Source: Trichodesmium erythraeum IMS101 (GTDB taxonomy: Bacteria > Cyanobacteriota > Cyanobacteriia > Cyanobacteriales > Microcoleaceae). Taken from it: 32,000 nucleotides of DNA. A program made the position numbers and the translations under genes. The stretch covers positions 1,260,001-1,292,000 of the forward strand of contig NC_008312.1 in NCBI RefSeq assembly GCF_000014265.1, in the 5' to 3' direction. This document shows positions 17,985-27,238 of this stretch, in pieces (the stretch's first letter is position 1; each line of letters opens with the position of its first letter). The notes under the pieces were generated by a model, which worked only from the letters and a program-made list of their open reading frames with translations, searched no databases and was not told the DNA's origin.

Positions 17985-18850
17985 TTTCTCAGGTAGGAGC
18001 GATCGCTACTTTTTCAGAGTTTATCTAAAATCTCATAACTATAACGTTAGAGTTTTTGAGTCAGTTAATTCTGGTCGGGAAGCGTAGAATATGATGAATG
18101 TCTCAATTTGTTTTTCTTGGGGTGGCTGAAAAATGCTTGGTTTCTATGCCTCAAGCCCATCTACATTTATTATGTTTACTACTTTTTGACTGGGGTTAAT
18201 ATCAAGTATCTATCTGGAGAGGAATGAGCGATCGCTACTTTTTCAGAGTTTATCTAAAATCTCATAACTATAACGTTAGAGTTTTTGAGTCAGTCAATTC
18301 TGGTCGGGAGGCGTAGAATATGATGAATGTCTCAATTTGGTTTTCTTGGGGTGGCTGAAAAATGTTGGGTTTCTATGCCTCAAGCCCATCTACGTTTATT
18401 ATGTTTACTACTTTTTGACTGGGGTTAATATCAAGTATCTATCTGGAGAGGAATGAGGTTAGGCTACTTTTTGACTGGGGTTAATATCAAGTATTTATCT
18501 GGAGAGGAATGAGGTTAGGCTGCTTTTTCAGAGTTTATCTAAAATCTCATAACTATAACGTTAGAGTTTTTGAGTCAGTCAATTCTGGTCGGGAGGCGTA
18601 GAATATGATGGATGTCTCAATTTGGTTTTCTTGGGGTGGCTGAAAAATGTTGGGTTTCTATGCCTCAAGCCCATCTACATTTATTATGTTTACTACTTTT
18701 TGACTGGGGTTAATATCAAGTATCTATCTGGAGAGGAATGAGCGATCGCTACTTTTTCAAAGTTTATCTAAAATCTCATAACTATAACGTTAGAGTTTTT
18801 GAGTCAGTTAATTCTGGTCGGGAGGTGTAGAATATGATAGATGTCTCAAA
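17985..18850. repeat. Tandem array B: about 3.7 diverged copies (229-bp type, plus a 56-bp partial re-duplication) of the array A unit, in the same orientation
   Basis: Landmarks GCTACT/GCTGCT occur at 18005, 18234, 18519 and 18748. The units are colinear with array-A L units and roughly 80-90% identical by eye. Three copies carry HIP1 (gcgatcgc) where array A has ggttaggc. Confidence 0.9.
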
Positions 18851-19952
18851 CAGAAGCAACTCTAATTACTACTAACACTACTGCTACACTTCGTCTGAAA
18901 CGAAATTAATAGAGACCAAAACAAAAAGCCAGTAAGAAAATTATAGCTTGGTACTCAGCACCTAGAGTTGTGCTTGGCTTGGGCGTGCATTCATAAAAAC
19001 TGGAAAAAAAAATTATCACCGTTTTTACTTTTATTAGAGTTGTTAGGAATTAAGAAAAAAAAATAACCAGCACCCTTATCAGTTGAGGTTTATAGTGTTT
19101 TTGCTCTAAAATACTGAACAGCTGATATGGTAAGCCTTTAATTATTTTATATTTTCCCAAACCAAACAACTCTATTATATAAAACTTCTAGCTTTTGACT
19201 CTAGCTTTTTGACTTTGGCTTAGTGCTTTCTGTCTTTGTGTCTTCTGTCTTTGAGTTCAAATCTTTGTATTGTTAAATAATGAAAAGCACTATAATTTAA
19301 CAACTACAACCAACCGTACTAAAGACAAACCTCAGCCACACCTGCTCGAGTCATTGCTACCAGAAATAGAGAATTGAAGTCAACCTTTTAGTTAACTTCA
19401 GTAGTTCTCTCCATGCCTGATAAAATCCATATTTTTTTTCAAGTTTCTTGACAAAGGAAAGTAAAATATTTGCTGTCTAAACCTCTATACCTTGCTCCTG
19501 CTAATTAGTTTCATTCCGATCAAACAGAATCATAATTTCTAGATATTTATTACCATCAAACCATTAGAACCAATTCATAGTCCAAACTCATCTCAGTTTT
19601 TCTCCTTTTATCCTTGAAATTGAAAAGCGATCGCCTCAAAGTTTCACTAATTTATTACTATTGACCCCACAAAAACTGAAACATTCTCTGTTCATATTTA
19701 AGAATATATGTATGATTTATATATTTATACTAAAAAAAACTATTTAGGTCATGCTGCGCAAAAAAATGCATCAAAGTAATAAATTGCTAAGTTTATCTAA
19801 TCATCTGGGTTAGGGGTAGGTCCCCTAGTTCTTAAAAAAACTTTTTCAGCAAAACCAAATTACATTTTCATTTTATTTAAACAATTACTATACAGCAGAT
19901 TTAATTGAGAGTTAATTATAGTTTTCCCAACTAAGATATCAGGGTAAAAAAG

Positions 19953-20891
19953 TTAATTTCTATCCTCAAAACCCACCACTTCAGATAAAGTATAAAGAGG
20001 TCTACCTTTTACTTCTTCATAAATTCTTCCGATGTATTCTCCTAAAATTCCAATACTTACTAATTGTACTGCTCCTAAAAAGAAGATTGCCATCATAATA
20101 ATTGCCAAACCCGTTAACGGAGAATTTGGATAAAAAATCCGCCAATATAAAACCAAACAAGCCATCAATAAAGCCACACAAGCAGCAAATAATCCTACAT
20201 AAGTAGACAGTCGTAAAGGTACCTTAGAAAAAGACACCAAACCATTAATTGCTAAAGTTAAAGATTTCGCAAAAGTATATTGAATATTTCCAGCAAAACG
20301 AGGTTCCCTCTCAAACTTAATTGCTGTTTGTCGAAAACCAACCCATGCCCTTAAACCCCGAATATAACGATTAGTTTCTGGCATTTTATTTAACAGATCT
20401 ACTACACATCTATCCATCAAACAAAAATCACCCGTATCAATAGGAATTTCCACATCTGCCAAACGTTTTAAAACTCGATAATAAATAAAAGCAGGAAGTC
20501 TTTTAAACCAACTTTCTTGATGTCTTTTTGTCCGTTGAGCATAGACAACTTGATAACCCTGTCGCCACTTTTCAATTAAGTCAGGAATTAATTCCGGTGG
20601 GTCTTGCAAATCTCCATCTAAAACTACAATAACTTCCCCCCTAGCAAAATTTAAACCAGCAGTAACAGCAATTTGATGTCCGAAGTTACGAGCAAAACTT
20701 AAATAACAAATTCGAGGATCTTTTCGATGGAATTCTCGGATAATTTCGAGAGAGCGATCGCGACTCCCATCATTAATCAAAATTAATTCTACATCTCCAT
20801 CTATTCTCTCCATAACTGCACTGAGCCGCCGATATAACTCAGGCAAATTTTTTTCTTCATTATAAATAGGAATTACTAAAGAATATTTCAT
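19953..20891 (-). CDS. Family-2 glycosyltransferase, polyprenyl-phosphate sugar transferase type (GtrB/ArnC/DPM1-like)
   Basis: N-terminal [13 protein letters not shown], then INDGS.D, a DGDLQDP (DxD) motif, and two C-terminal TM helices. This is the typical architecture of the family. Confidence 0.85.
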   Translation of the reverse strand: MKYSLVIPIYNEEKNLPELYRRLSAVMERIDGDVELILINDGSRDRSLEIIREFHRKDPRICYLSFARNFGHQIAVTAGLNFARGEVIVVLDGDLQDPPELIPDLIEKWRQGYQVVYAQRTKRHQESWFKRLPAFIYYRVLKRLADVEIPIDTGDFCLMDRCVVDLLNKMPETNRYIRGLRAWVGFRQTAIKFEREPRFAGNIQYTFAKSLTLAINGLVSFSKVPLRLSTYVGLFAACVALLMACLVLYWRIFYPNSPLTGLAIIMMAIFFLGAVQLVSIGILGEYIGRIYEEVKGRPLYTLSEVVGFEDRN

Positions 20892-21380
20892 AAAATCAGG
20901 AATAGGGCTTTAGTTATCTAGGATATAATAAATTATCTTCTACTATTATCTAAATCTCTAAAAATTAAGTCTTTTTGACCCATACCTATAGAGACATTTC
21001 TTAGAAAATCTCTATATTCTTTTTAAGAGATTCCTCAAAATATTAACCAAATATCATACCACTAAACCTCTACTCTAAATCATTATCAAAGAGCCACCAT
21101 TTTTTTTCAAAAAATTATGATAATATAAAAAAATAGGTAAATTATTATATTAAAATTTAATCTTATTATCAGCGCCATTATTAATGCTATTATAAATATT
21201 ATACCTTAGTCCGTAAGTATCTTCATTCTGATACAGATACCGCTTTTCATAAGTAGTGACGTAACCGAAAAAGTACTTAATTAAATAAACTACTTTGGTT
21301 TGTAAGTGAGATGCTCAGACTATTAATTAATTTTCATCAAAGATATACTCATCCTCTCATATACTCCATTAAAAAAAACT

Positions 21381-22022
21381 ATGATCTCAAAAAATCTTTG
21401 GAAAAGTAATCAGGACTTAGCAACAGCTTGTTTGTGTCATCCTTTTGTACAAGGAATTGCTAATGGTACACTACCGCAGAAAAGTTTTGCCTATTATGTA
21501 GGACAAGATGCCTTTTTCCTGAAAGCATTTGCCCGTGCTTACAGCATTGCTGCTGCTAAGTCTGACGAATGGAAAACATTTGAACTATTTCATACCCTTG
21601 CTGGTGGGGTGAAAGAAGAATTAGAATTGCATCAAACCTATGCTGCTAAATGGGGAGTAAATTTAGAAAATATTACCCCAGGGTTTGCCACACGGCGTTA
21701 CACAGATTTTTTATTAGCAACGGCTTGGGGTAATAATATTGGGGCGATCGCTACAGCCATGACTCCTTGTATGCGGCTCTATGCTTTTTTGGGGCAACAG
21801 TTAGCCACACCAAAAATTCCAGAACACCAATATTCTCAATGGATCCGTACTTACAGCACTCAGGAATTTTTACAGTTAGTGCAAAACCTAGAGAAAGTTA
21901 CAGACCGCTACGCAGAGAATATTCAAGAAACAGAATCAATTTATTGTTATGCCATGGTCTGCGAACGAGATTTCTTTCAAGCAGCTTGGGAAATGGGAAA
22001 AGGAGCATACCGTATTCATTAA
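21381..22022 (+). CDS. tenA: TenA-family aminopyrimidine aminohydrolase (thiaminase II)
   Basis: 213 aa with HPFVQGIANGTLP..F.YYV.QD.FFL and TPCMRLYAF (Cys-containing TenA_C-type motif). The length fits the family. Confidence 0.75.
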   Translation: MISKNLWKSNQDLATACLCHPFVQGIANGTLPQKSFAYYVGQDAFFLKAFARAYSIAAAKSDEWKTFELFHTLAGGVKEELELHQTYAAKWGVNLENITPGFATRRYTDFLLATAWGNNIGAIATAMTPCMRLYAFLGQQLATPKIPEHQYSQWIRTYSTQEFLQLVQNLEKVTDRYAENIQETESIYCYAMVCERDFFQAAWEMGKGAYRIH

Positions 22023-22028
22023 CCTTTC

Positions 22029-22650
22029 TTATCTATCAAAAAAATTAGCCCTCACCAAAACTTGAATGGAGTTTTCAAAATTAAAAACCCGTTCTGATGA
22101 CAACAGAGACTGCAAAACAAATTCACAGTTTGAGCAAGTTTGAGAACAAGAATTTCTTCTATAGACTTCTCCAAAAATACCAATTTGGTAACGGTGGGTT
22201 AAAGTATTGAAAACCTTTTTTGGAGATATTTTATCAACAACTATTAGTTGCGAGCCATATAGTTTGCACTTATACTTGTGCCTGGCTACGAAACTCATAG
22301 AGCCCATATAAATACTCACCTCTATTGCTCCCCTACCAGCGAGGAGATGGGGGTAGGTTATGGTTAGCTATTCTACCTGAACAGAACAGTTTTCTATTGC
22401 TATCTAGCTATAGTTAAGAGCCAAATAAGTAGTTAATTTATGTAATAGAGTTACCGCTCAAGAGAGAGATAAAATCGCTCCAAACTAGACAGAGCAATAA
22501 TTTTAAGTTTTTTTAGTCGGCAATAGCTATAATCTTTACTGAACTTGGTTTTTGGTTATTTTTTAAGTTATAAACAGACAAATCTAATGTGTTTTTTCTC
22601 ATGTCAGCTATTTTGTTGTCTACTTGATCTACGTTAAGTCGAGCTTTTTT
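22029..22650 (-). pseudogene. Relic of the C-terminal half of an IS200/IS605-family TnpB (OrfB) gene
   Basis: Minus-strand translation gives VDNKIADMRKNTLDLSVYNL...KIIAIAD*KNL (compare the TnpB blocks ..IAN.RKD.LHKL...L and ..I.IEDLNV). In the 96-aa ORF it gives FVARHKYKCKLYGSQLIVVDK and SQTCSNCEFVLQSLLSSERVFNFENS (compare YKC..YGS.LI..DR and SKTCS.CG......LS.R.F.C..CG). There are stops, frame changes and mutated Zn-finger Cys residues. The N-terminal half is absent. Confidence 0.55.
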
Positions 22651-22671
22651 CCAAAAAGATTTAAAAACAAT

Positions 22672-23964
22672 TTAACGCCCTAACTTATTTGGAATACCTC
22701 CACAACCATTTGGTATAGTTTTTCTACTTCTTTCTCCACTCCAAGCACAACAATAATAATGTTGTTCATCAGACAACCGCTTCACTTCCGTAAAGTCAAC
22801 ATTTTCTACCACAGCACCAGTATAAGCACCAGTTTGATAGTTAGGTATATGAGTACGACTGCGGGGAGTAGCATATTCAGCAGTACCATAGAAAAATCTG
22901 ACTCCCCTCAAATCAGCACCTACCAAACTTGCTTCATATAGAATAGTACGAGAGAAATTAGCCTTGACTAAATCACAGCCACTAAGATTAGCTCTCACTA
23001 AATTAGCATCACTTAACTCTGTCCACCGCAAATCTGTGTTTTTCAGGTCAGCACCTGCTAACATTACTCCTAAATCAATAACACGAGTACCATGTTCCCT
23101 ATCTTCAGCATAACCACCTTGACCATCAAATATGGGACGGCCTAGCAGTCTATCACGTTTAATTGGTGTTACCAGTCTAGACTGAGATAAAAATCTGAGA
23201 ATTTTAGCTTTCCCTTCTTCATCTACACTTTTAATAATAGCCGCTGTACGACCTTCAGCGATCGCTCGTTCCTGTGGCCAATCTTCCAAGAAACCTTTTT
23301 CATCCATTGCCAAATCAGAAACCCCTTGAAAGTAAGCATCAATAGTTTGTTGTTGAGTAATGCGGTTTTGTTGAATTGTCAAATCTTTAGAAATAACGTA
23401 TTGTCGCCAAGCTACATATACAGCAATTATTGCAATTAAAATTTGACCCAAAGCTCCAATAAGTTCACCCACCGCTCCAATAGCATCCCAGTTAATGTGG
23501 ATATTTCTACTACCAGGTTGTTGGTTTGCCCCACTTAACATCAGCAAACCAACAATAGCTGCCAGGAGACCAAAGCAGGCAATGATTAGATTACGCCAAA
23601 CTGAAGGAATCAAAGTTTTCCAGACTTTACCCCAACTAGGCCAAATCATTTTGACTGAAGATAGTATTACTATAATAGCACTGGTATAACCAAGCAGCAC
23701 ATTATCTATGGCTAAACCCAGAATCATCAATGCGATCGCTACTAGAGTAACAATAGATGCTACAGGATTTTTTGGCCCTTCAGATTTTTGATGCTCCACT
23801 AAAGTATTGGGTGTCGCAGGGGTGGGAAGCATTTGTTCTATTTCATTATCTATGAAGTTTAACTTTTTTACAGAAGTAATTGCTTCGGGGGTACCATTTG
23901 GACTTTCTAATGTAGAGTGGGAATTAGGATTATTACTTGGAGAGAAGTTAGAATAATTATTCAT
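22672..23964 (-). CDS. Membrane protein with C-terminal pentapeptide-repeat domain
   Basis: 430 aa with several TM helices in the middle. The C-terminal region has A(D/N)LxX pentapeptide repeats (GADLKNTDLRWTELSDANLVRANLSGCDLVKANFSRTILYEASLVGADLRGVRF). Confidence 0.8.
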   Translation of the reverse strand: MNNYSNFSPSNNPNSHSTLESPNGTPEAITSVKKLNFIDNEIEQMLPTPATPNTLVEHQKSEGPKNPVASIVTLVAIALMILGLAIDNVLLGYTSAIIVILSSVKMIWPSWGKVWKTLIPSVWRNLIIACFGLLAAIVGLLMLSGANQQPGSRNIHINWDAIGAVGELIGALGQILIAIIAVYVAWRQYVISKDLTIQQNRITQQQTIDAYFQGVSDLAMDEKGFLEDWPQERAIAEGRTAAIIKSVDEEGKAKILRFLSQSRLVTPIKRDRLLGRPIFDGQGGYAEDREHGTRVIDLGVMLAGADLKNTDLRWTELSDANLVRANLSGCDLVKANFSRTILYEASLVGADLRGVRFFYGTAEYATPRSRTHIPNYQTGAYTGAVVENVDFTEVKRLSDEQHYYCCAWSGERSRKTIPNGCGGIPNKLGR

Positions 23965-24062
23965 TAATTTTGATGATTTTTACTTTTTGAAAATATATAT
24001 AATAGAAGGACAGGGCTTTAGAGCCTAATTATTGGTAAACACTTTGGTATTCTTAAAATTGT

Positions 24063-24626
24063 ATGGATTCTGAAATTATAGTTAACAAAGAAAAATTAGA
24101 AAACTCGCCTTTAGAAATATATTATTTAGGCGATCGCTCTTTACGCCAGTCAGCCAAGCGAGTCGCTAAAGTAGATAGTGATATGAGGAAACTAGTGCGA
24201 GAAATGCTCCAAACTATGTATACTGCTGATGGTATTGGTCTCGCTGCACCCCAGGTTAATGTCCAAAAGCAAGTTATTGTTATAGACTGTGAGCCTACTA
24301 ATTCTGCTACTCCTCCTCTAGTTTTAATTAATCCTACAATTAAAAAGTACAGCAATGATATTTGTCTTTTCCAAGAAGGATGTCTGAGTATTCCTGGGGT
24401 TTATTTGGATGTTCAACGTCCCTCAGAGATTGAAGTTGCCTATAAAGACGAAAATGGCCGTCCTCAAACTCTTCAGGCTCAAGAATTATTATCTAGGGCA
24501 ATTCAACATGAAATGGATCATCTTCAAGGTATCCTTTTTGTAGACCGAGTAGAAAATAAATTGGCACTGAATGAAGAGTTGGCCAAGTATAAGTTTTCTG
24601 CCAAAGATGTTAGATCTATTGCTTAA
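24063..24626 (+). CDS. def: Peptide deformylase
   Basis: All three catalytic motifs are present: GIGLAAPQV, EGCLSIPG, HEMDHL. 187 aa. Confidence 0.92.
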   Translation: MDSEIIVNKEKLENSPLEIYYLGDRSLRQSAKRVAKVDSDMRKLVREMLQTMYTADGIGLAAPQVNVQKQVIVIDCEPTNSATPPLVLINPTIKKYSNDICLFQEGCLSIPGVYLDVQRPSEIEVAYKDENGRPQTLQAQELLSRAIQHEMDHLQGILFVDRVENKLALNEELAKYKFSAKDVRSIA

Positions 24627-24894
24627 ATCTTTCCACATTAGGGGAAGTCATTTTAGTGATCAGCTAGCCTATACCGGAGAAAATGAGCTTTTCCCATACG
24701 CCTAGGCAAATAGTTATCAGTTATTAATTATTAATACCTCCGGGTTAATCTAAATGATAGAAATACATAAGGCGAATATTTTTTCCCCAACCTTGAATGG
24801 CATTGTTTGAGACCTTATTTCTTGGTAAAGCAAACCGCCTAATTTATTCATTATCACAAAAAACAAAAAAAATCAATAAGTTTGGACAAAAAAT

Positions 24895-25095
24895 ATGGTA
24901 GGAACTCCTAAGTCAACCTTGTTTTTGGGTGGGTCTTGTGTAGCAGCGATCGCAGCAGTTGGCTCCATTTTTGAGTTATCCTCTGGTTCTCCAGAGCTAG
25001 GTACTGCAGTAACGGGGATAGTTCTGAGTTTAAGCATACCTCTAGCAGCTTTACTTTTTTATTTAGCAATTCAAGACGCTAAAGCTAATCAGTAA
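24895..25095 (+). CDS. Small (66 aa) two-helix membrane protein, unknown function
   Basis: Two hydrophobic segments (FLGGSCVAAIAAVGSIF; AVTGIVLSLSIPLAALLFYLAI). A strong intrinsic terminator follows 50 nt downstream. Confidence 0.5.
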   Translation: MVGTPKSTLFLGGSCVAAIAAVGSIFELSSGSPELGTAVTGIVLSLSIPLAALLFYLAIQDAKANQ

Positions 25096-25146
25096 AAGTT
25101 CAAAAATGAACAGTCTACTATTTTACCAAAAATTTGGGGCTAGAGC

Positions 25147-25185
25147 GTCGCCCGCCCATTGGGCGACTTTTTATTTGTTTTTTTT
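25147..25185 (+). terminator. Rho-independent terminator
   Basis: GC-rich 7-bp stem GTCGCCC (25147-25153) / GGGCGAC (25161-25167) with a 7-nt loop, followed immediately by TTTTTATTTGTTTTTTTT. Confidence 0.75.
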
Positions 25186-26185
25186 GAATACATCTGTTAT
25201 CATAGTTGGTAAATTAGTTAGTTCTGATCGGGTATTCTGAGACTAGACTTGGACGTATAAAGCAAGGGTAAGACTAGGGTCAAGTTTCGCCCTCGCTCCG
25301 AAGAAATTGTAGCAGGGTCAGAAACGTCAACCCGCATCAGAGTTTTGGCTCTCAAGAACTCCTTCCTCTGTAGCTAACAGTCGGGGATAATTTAAAGTTG
25401 ATAATTGTTCTCAGTTGAGTTTAAAATATATTTTTTAGGGAATTCTTGAGTTCTCAATATTATGTATTTAGCTCGGTCCTATTTTTTGAGGAAACTCACT
25501 ATGGCGACTCATTCTTTCTAAAAGCTTCCTACTTTCTCAAGTCAAGTTTCTAACAAATCTTAGAATTTCATAAATATAGCAATTTGCCAATTGGTTGTGG
25601 CAAAACTATATACTGAAAAAGTTTGGCAAAAAAGTTTAGCAAAATCGAATATTTTATCCTCAGGAAAAAACTTAAATAGCCACTTAACTATTTGAAAATA
25701 ACTGCACAAGTTATAAAATTGTCTTATGAAATATTTGCCTGCCAGCCAAATATCTTCATATGGTTTTTTTCGGGGGCATTCGGAGCAAGTTTTGTACAAT
25801 TAATCAACCATTCCTCTTATGATAAATCTTGATTAATTCTCATCAAATATTATCCCAATTCTATCAAATTATAATAATGTCTTCCATCCCCAAATATTGC
25901 CAATCTTTTTCCTGGTATTTGTTGTTGTAAATATTTAATAAATTCATTGAACCAGTTTCATAGTATTTTCAATATTTCCAGTTTCATACTCTTGAAATAT
26001 AAATTCCAGGAATTAAATTTTACCCTCTAATTTTACTGATAAAATATGTGGAATTAATTTTGTATAACTACTTGTCTATATTTATGATTAGTATTTTTGT
26101 TGTTAATAGTAATAGAGGACTATACCATAATAATTATAGTAAGCATTCAGATATTAAATAGTTACAAATTATAACTTAATTATAA

Positions 26186-27082
26186 CTAATTAAGTGTAAC
26201 AACATCTATTGACCAATTTTTATTTGCAGAATCCCATACTAAAAATAACTTCAGAGACTGAGTAATATTTTCTCCTGATTTTTTTGTATATTTTACCTGT
26301 ACATTTACTGTAGCTGTACCTGTACTTATATTAATTTTTTGAATATCTTGAGTCAGAACATTACTGATTCCTGACCACCATTTATAATAGGAATTATAAC
26401 CCTCTGGATGTAATCTTTGATTATTCTGAAAACTTGCTGATAGTTGATTCCAAGCTTGCTGATATTTACCTTCATTCAGATTTGAATAATAATTTTTTAT
26501 TGCTTCTTCAGCAGAATTTTTGGTTTGAGTATTTTCTAGCTTTGATATTGACTGAGAAGTTAATGTTGTGTTTTTTGAACTAACCATAGAAGATTCTGAT
26601 TTTTCCAGATACCCTAAACTCATTTCCAAGTTAAATTCTGCCGGTTCATTAGGACTAGACACTTGCACTATATATTCTCCAGTTAAAGGTAAATCAATCA
26701 ACATTTGTTCTCCAATTAGGGGAGAATCTTTCTGTGCAGCTATGATTAATTCCCGCCGTTGTAATAATTTGGTATCTGGGGCAAATATCCAAATACAAAC
26801 ATTGCTTGTAATTCTATAGTGAAAATCTTTGCCTGTTCTAGCATAAAATTTATATCCAATGTGTTTTTCAGAGTTAACACTATCAGATATCTTAATCAGA
26901 CTTTCAGTTAAAGATAAAGACTTAGTTTCTGTTTTATCCAGACGAATTACTGGTTTTTTTGGGCATTCAATAAAGGTCGGAGTGGGAGATGTAATAGGTA
27001 AATATAACTGATTTTCTGTAGTAGAAAAGTTACTACACCCAAAGATAATTGAGATAGTGACATATAGTGGTAATTTCTTCAT
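26186..27082 (-). CDS. Hypothetical lipoprotein
   Basis: N-terminus MKKLPLYVTISIIFGCSN is a signal peptide with a lipobox Cys. The C-terminal ~110 aa (AEEAIKNYYSNLNEGKYQQAWNQLS...) resembles NTF2/SnoaL-like modules common in cyanobacterial exported proteins. That assignment is by eye only. Confidence 0.55.
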   Translation of the reverse strand: MKKLPLYVTISIIFGCSNFSTTENQLYLPITSPTPTFIECPKKPVIRLDKTETKSLSLTESLIKISDSVNSEKHIGYKFYARTGKDFHYRITSNVCIWIFAPDTKLLQRRELIIAAQKDSPLIGEQMLIDLPLTGEYIVQVSSPNEPAEFNLEMSLGYLEKSESSMVSSKNTTLTSQSISKLENTQTKNSAEEAIKNYYSNLNEGKYQQAWNQLSASFQNNQRLHPEGYNSYYKWWSGISNVLTQDIQKINISTGTATVNVQVKYTKKSGENITQSLKLFLVWDSANKNWSIDVVTLN

Positions 27083-27238
27083 AACAGGGGGAGGACATCA
27101 CCTCTGTCAAAACTGCGGTTATGGCCCATATTGTTGCCTAAAGACAAAGTTAGGAGTATGTCAAAATATATGATAATATTATACAGTTTTTAATACAATA
27201 TGCCCCAAATATAAAATTAATTCTGTACAGGTACCTAT

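Noticed and set aside
12830-18850. Could the large regular repeat arrays be CRISPR arrays?
   Set aside because: The whole 211/229-bp period is repeated and there are no unique spacers between short repeats. The period is several times larger than any CRISPR repeat plus spacer. No cas genes are in the window.
19240-19275. GAGTTCAAATCT resembling a tRNA T-arm
   Set aside because: The flanks cannot form an acceptor stem or anticodon arm. The surrounding sequence is a ctttg/tgtcttc-type low-complexity repeat.
21100-21380. TPP riboswitch upstream of tenA
   Set aside because: I could not find the conserved CUGAGA ... ACCUGAUCUGGAUAAUGCCAGCG-type core. The region is plain AT-rich promoter-like sequence.
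21767-22048. 93-aa plus-strand ORF overlapping the 3' half of tenA in another frame
   Set aside because: It is out of frame with a well-supported TenA ORF, and its Arg/Ser-rich composition is typical of off-frame translation.
22759-24355. Short ORFs antisense to the pentapeptide gene and def (22759..22941, 23495..23689, 24122..24355), plus 26568..26819, 27604..27879, 28486..28722 and 28680..28931 in the lipoprotein and MscS genes
   Set aside because: All are nested in longer, motif-supported genes, and none has independent support.
25200-25420. A GC-richer, ORF-free stretch downstream of the strong terminator, considered as a possible structured ncRNA (6S, tmRNA, SRP or RNase P)
   Set aside because: None of the conserved cores I know are present: the tmRNA 3' end, the SRP GGAA/AGCA motif, or the RNase P GAGGAAAGUCC. 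I found no convincing long-range pairing by eye. It is worth a cmsearch but is not supportable here.
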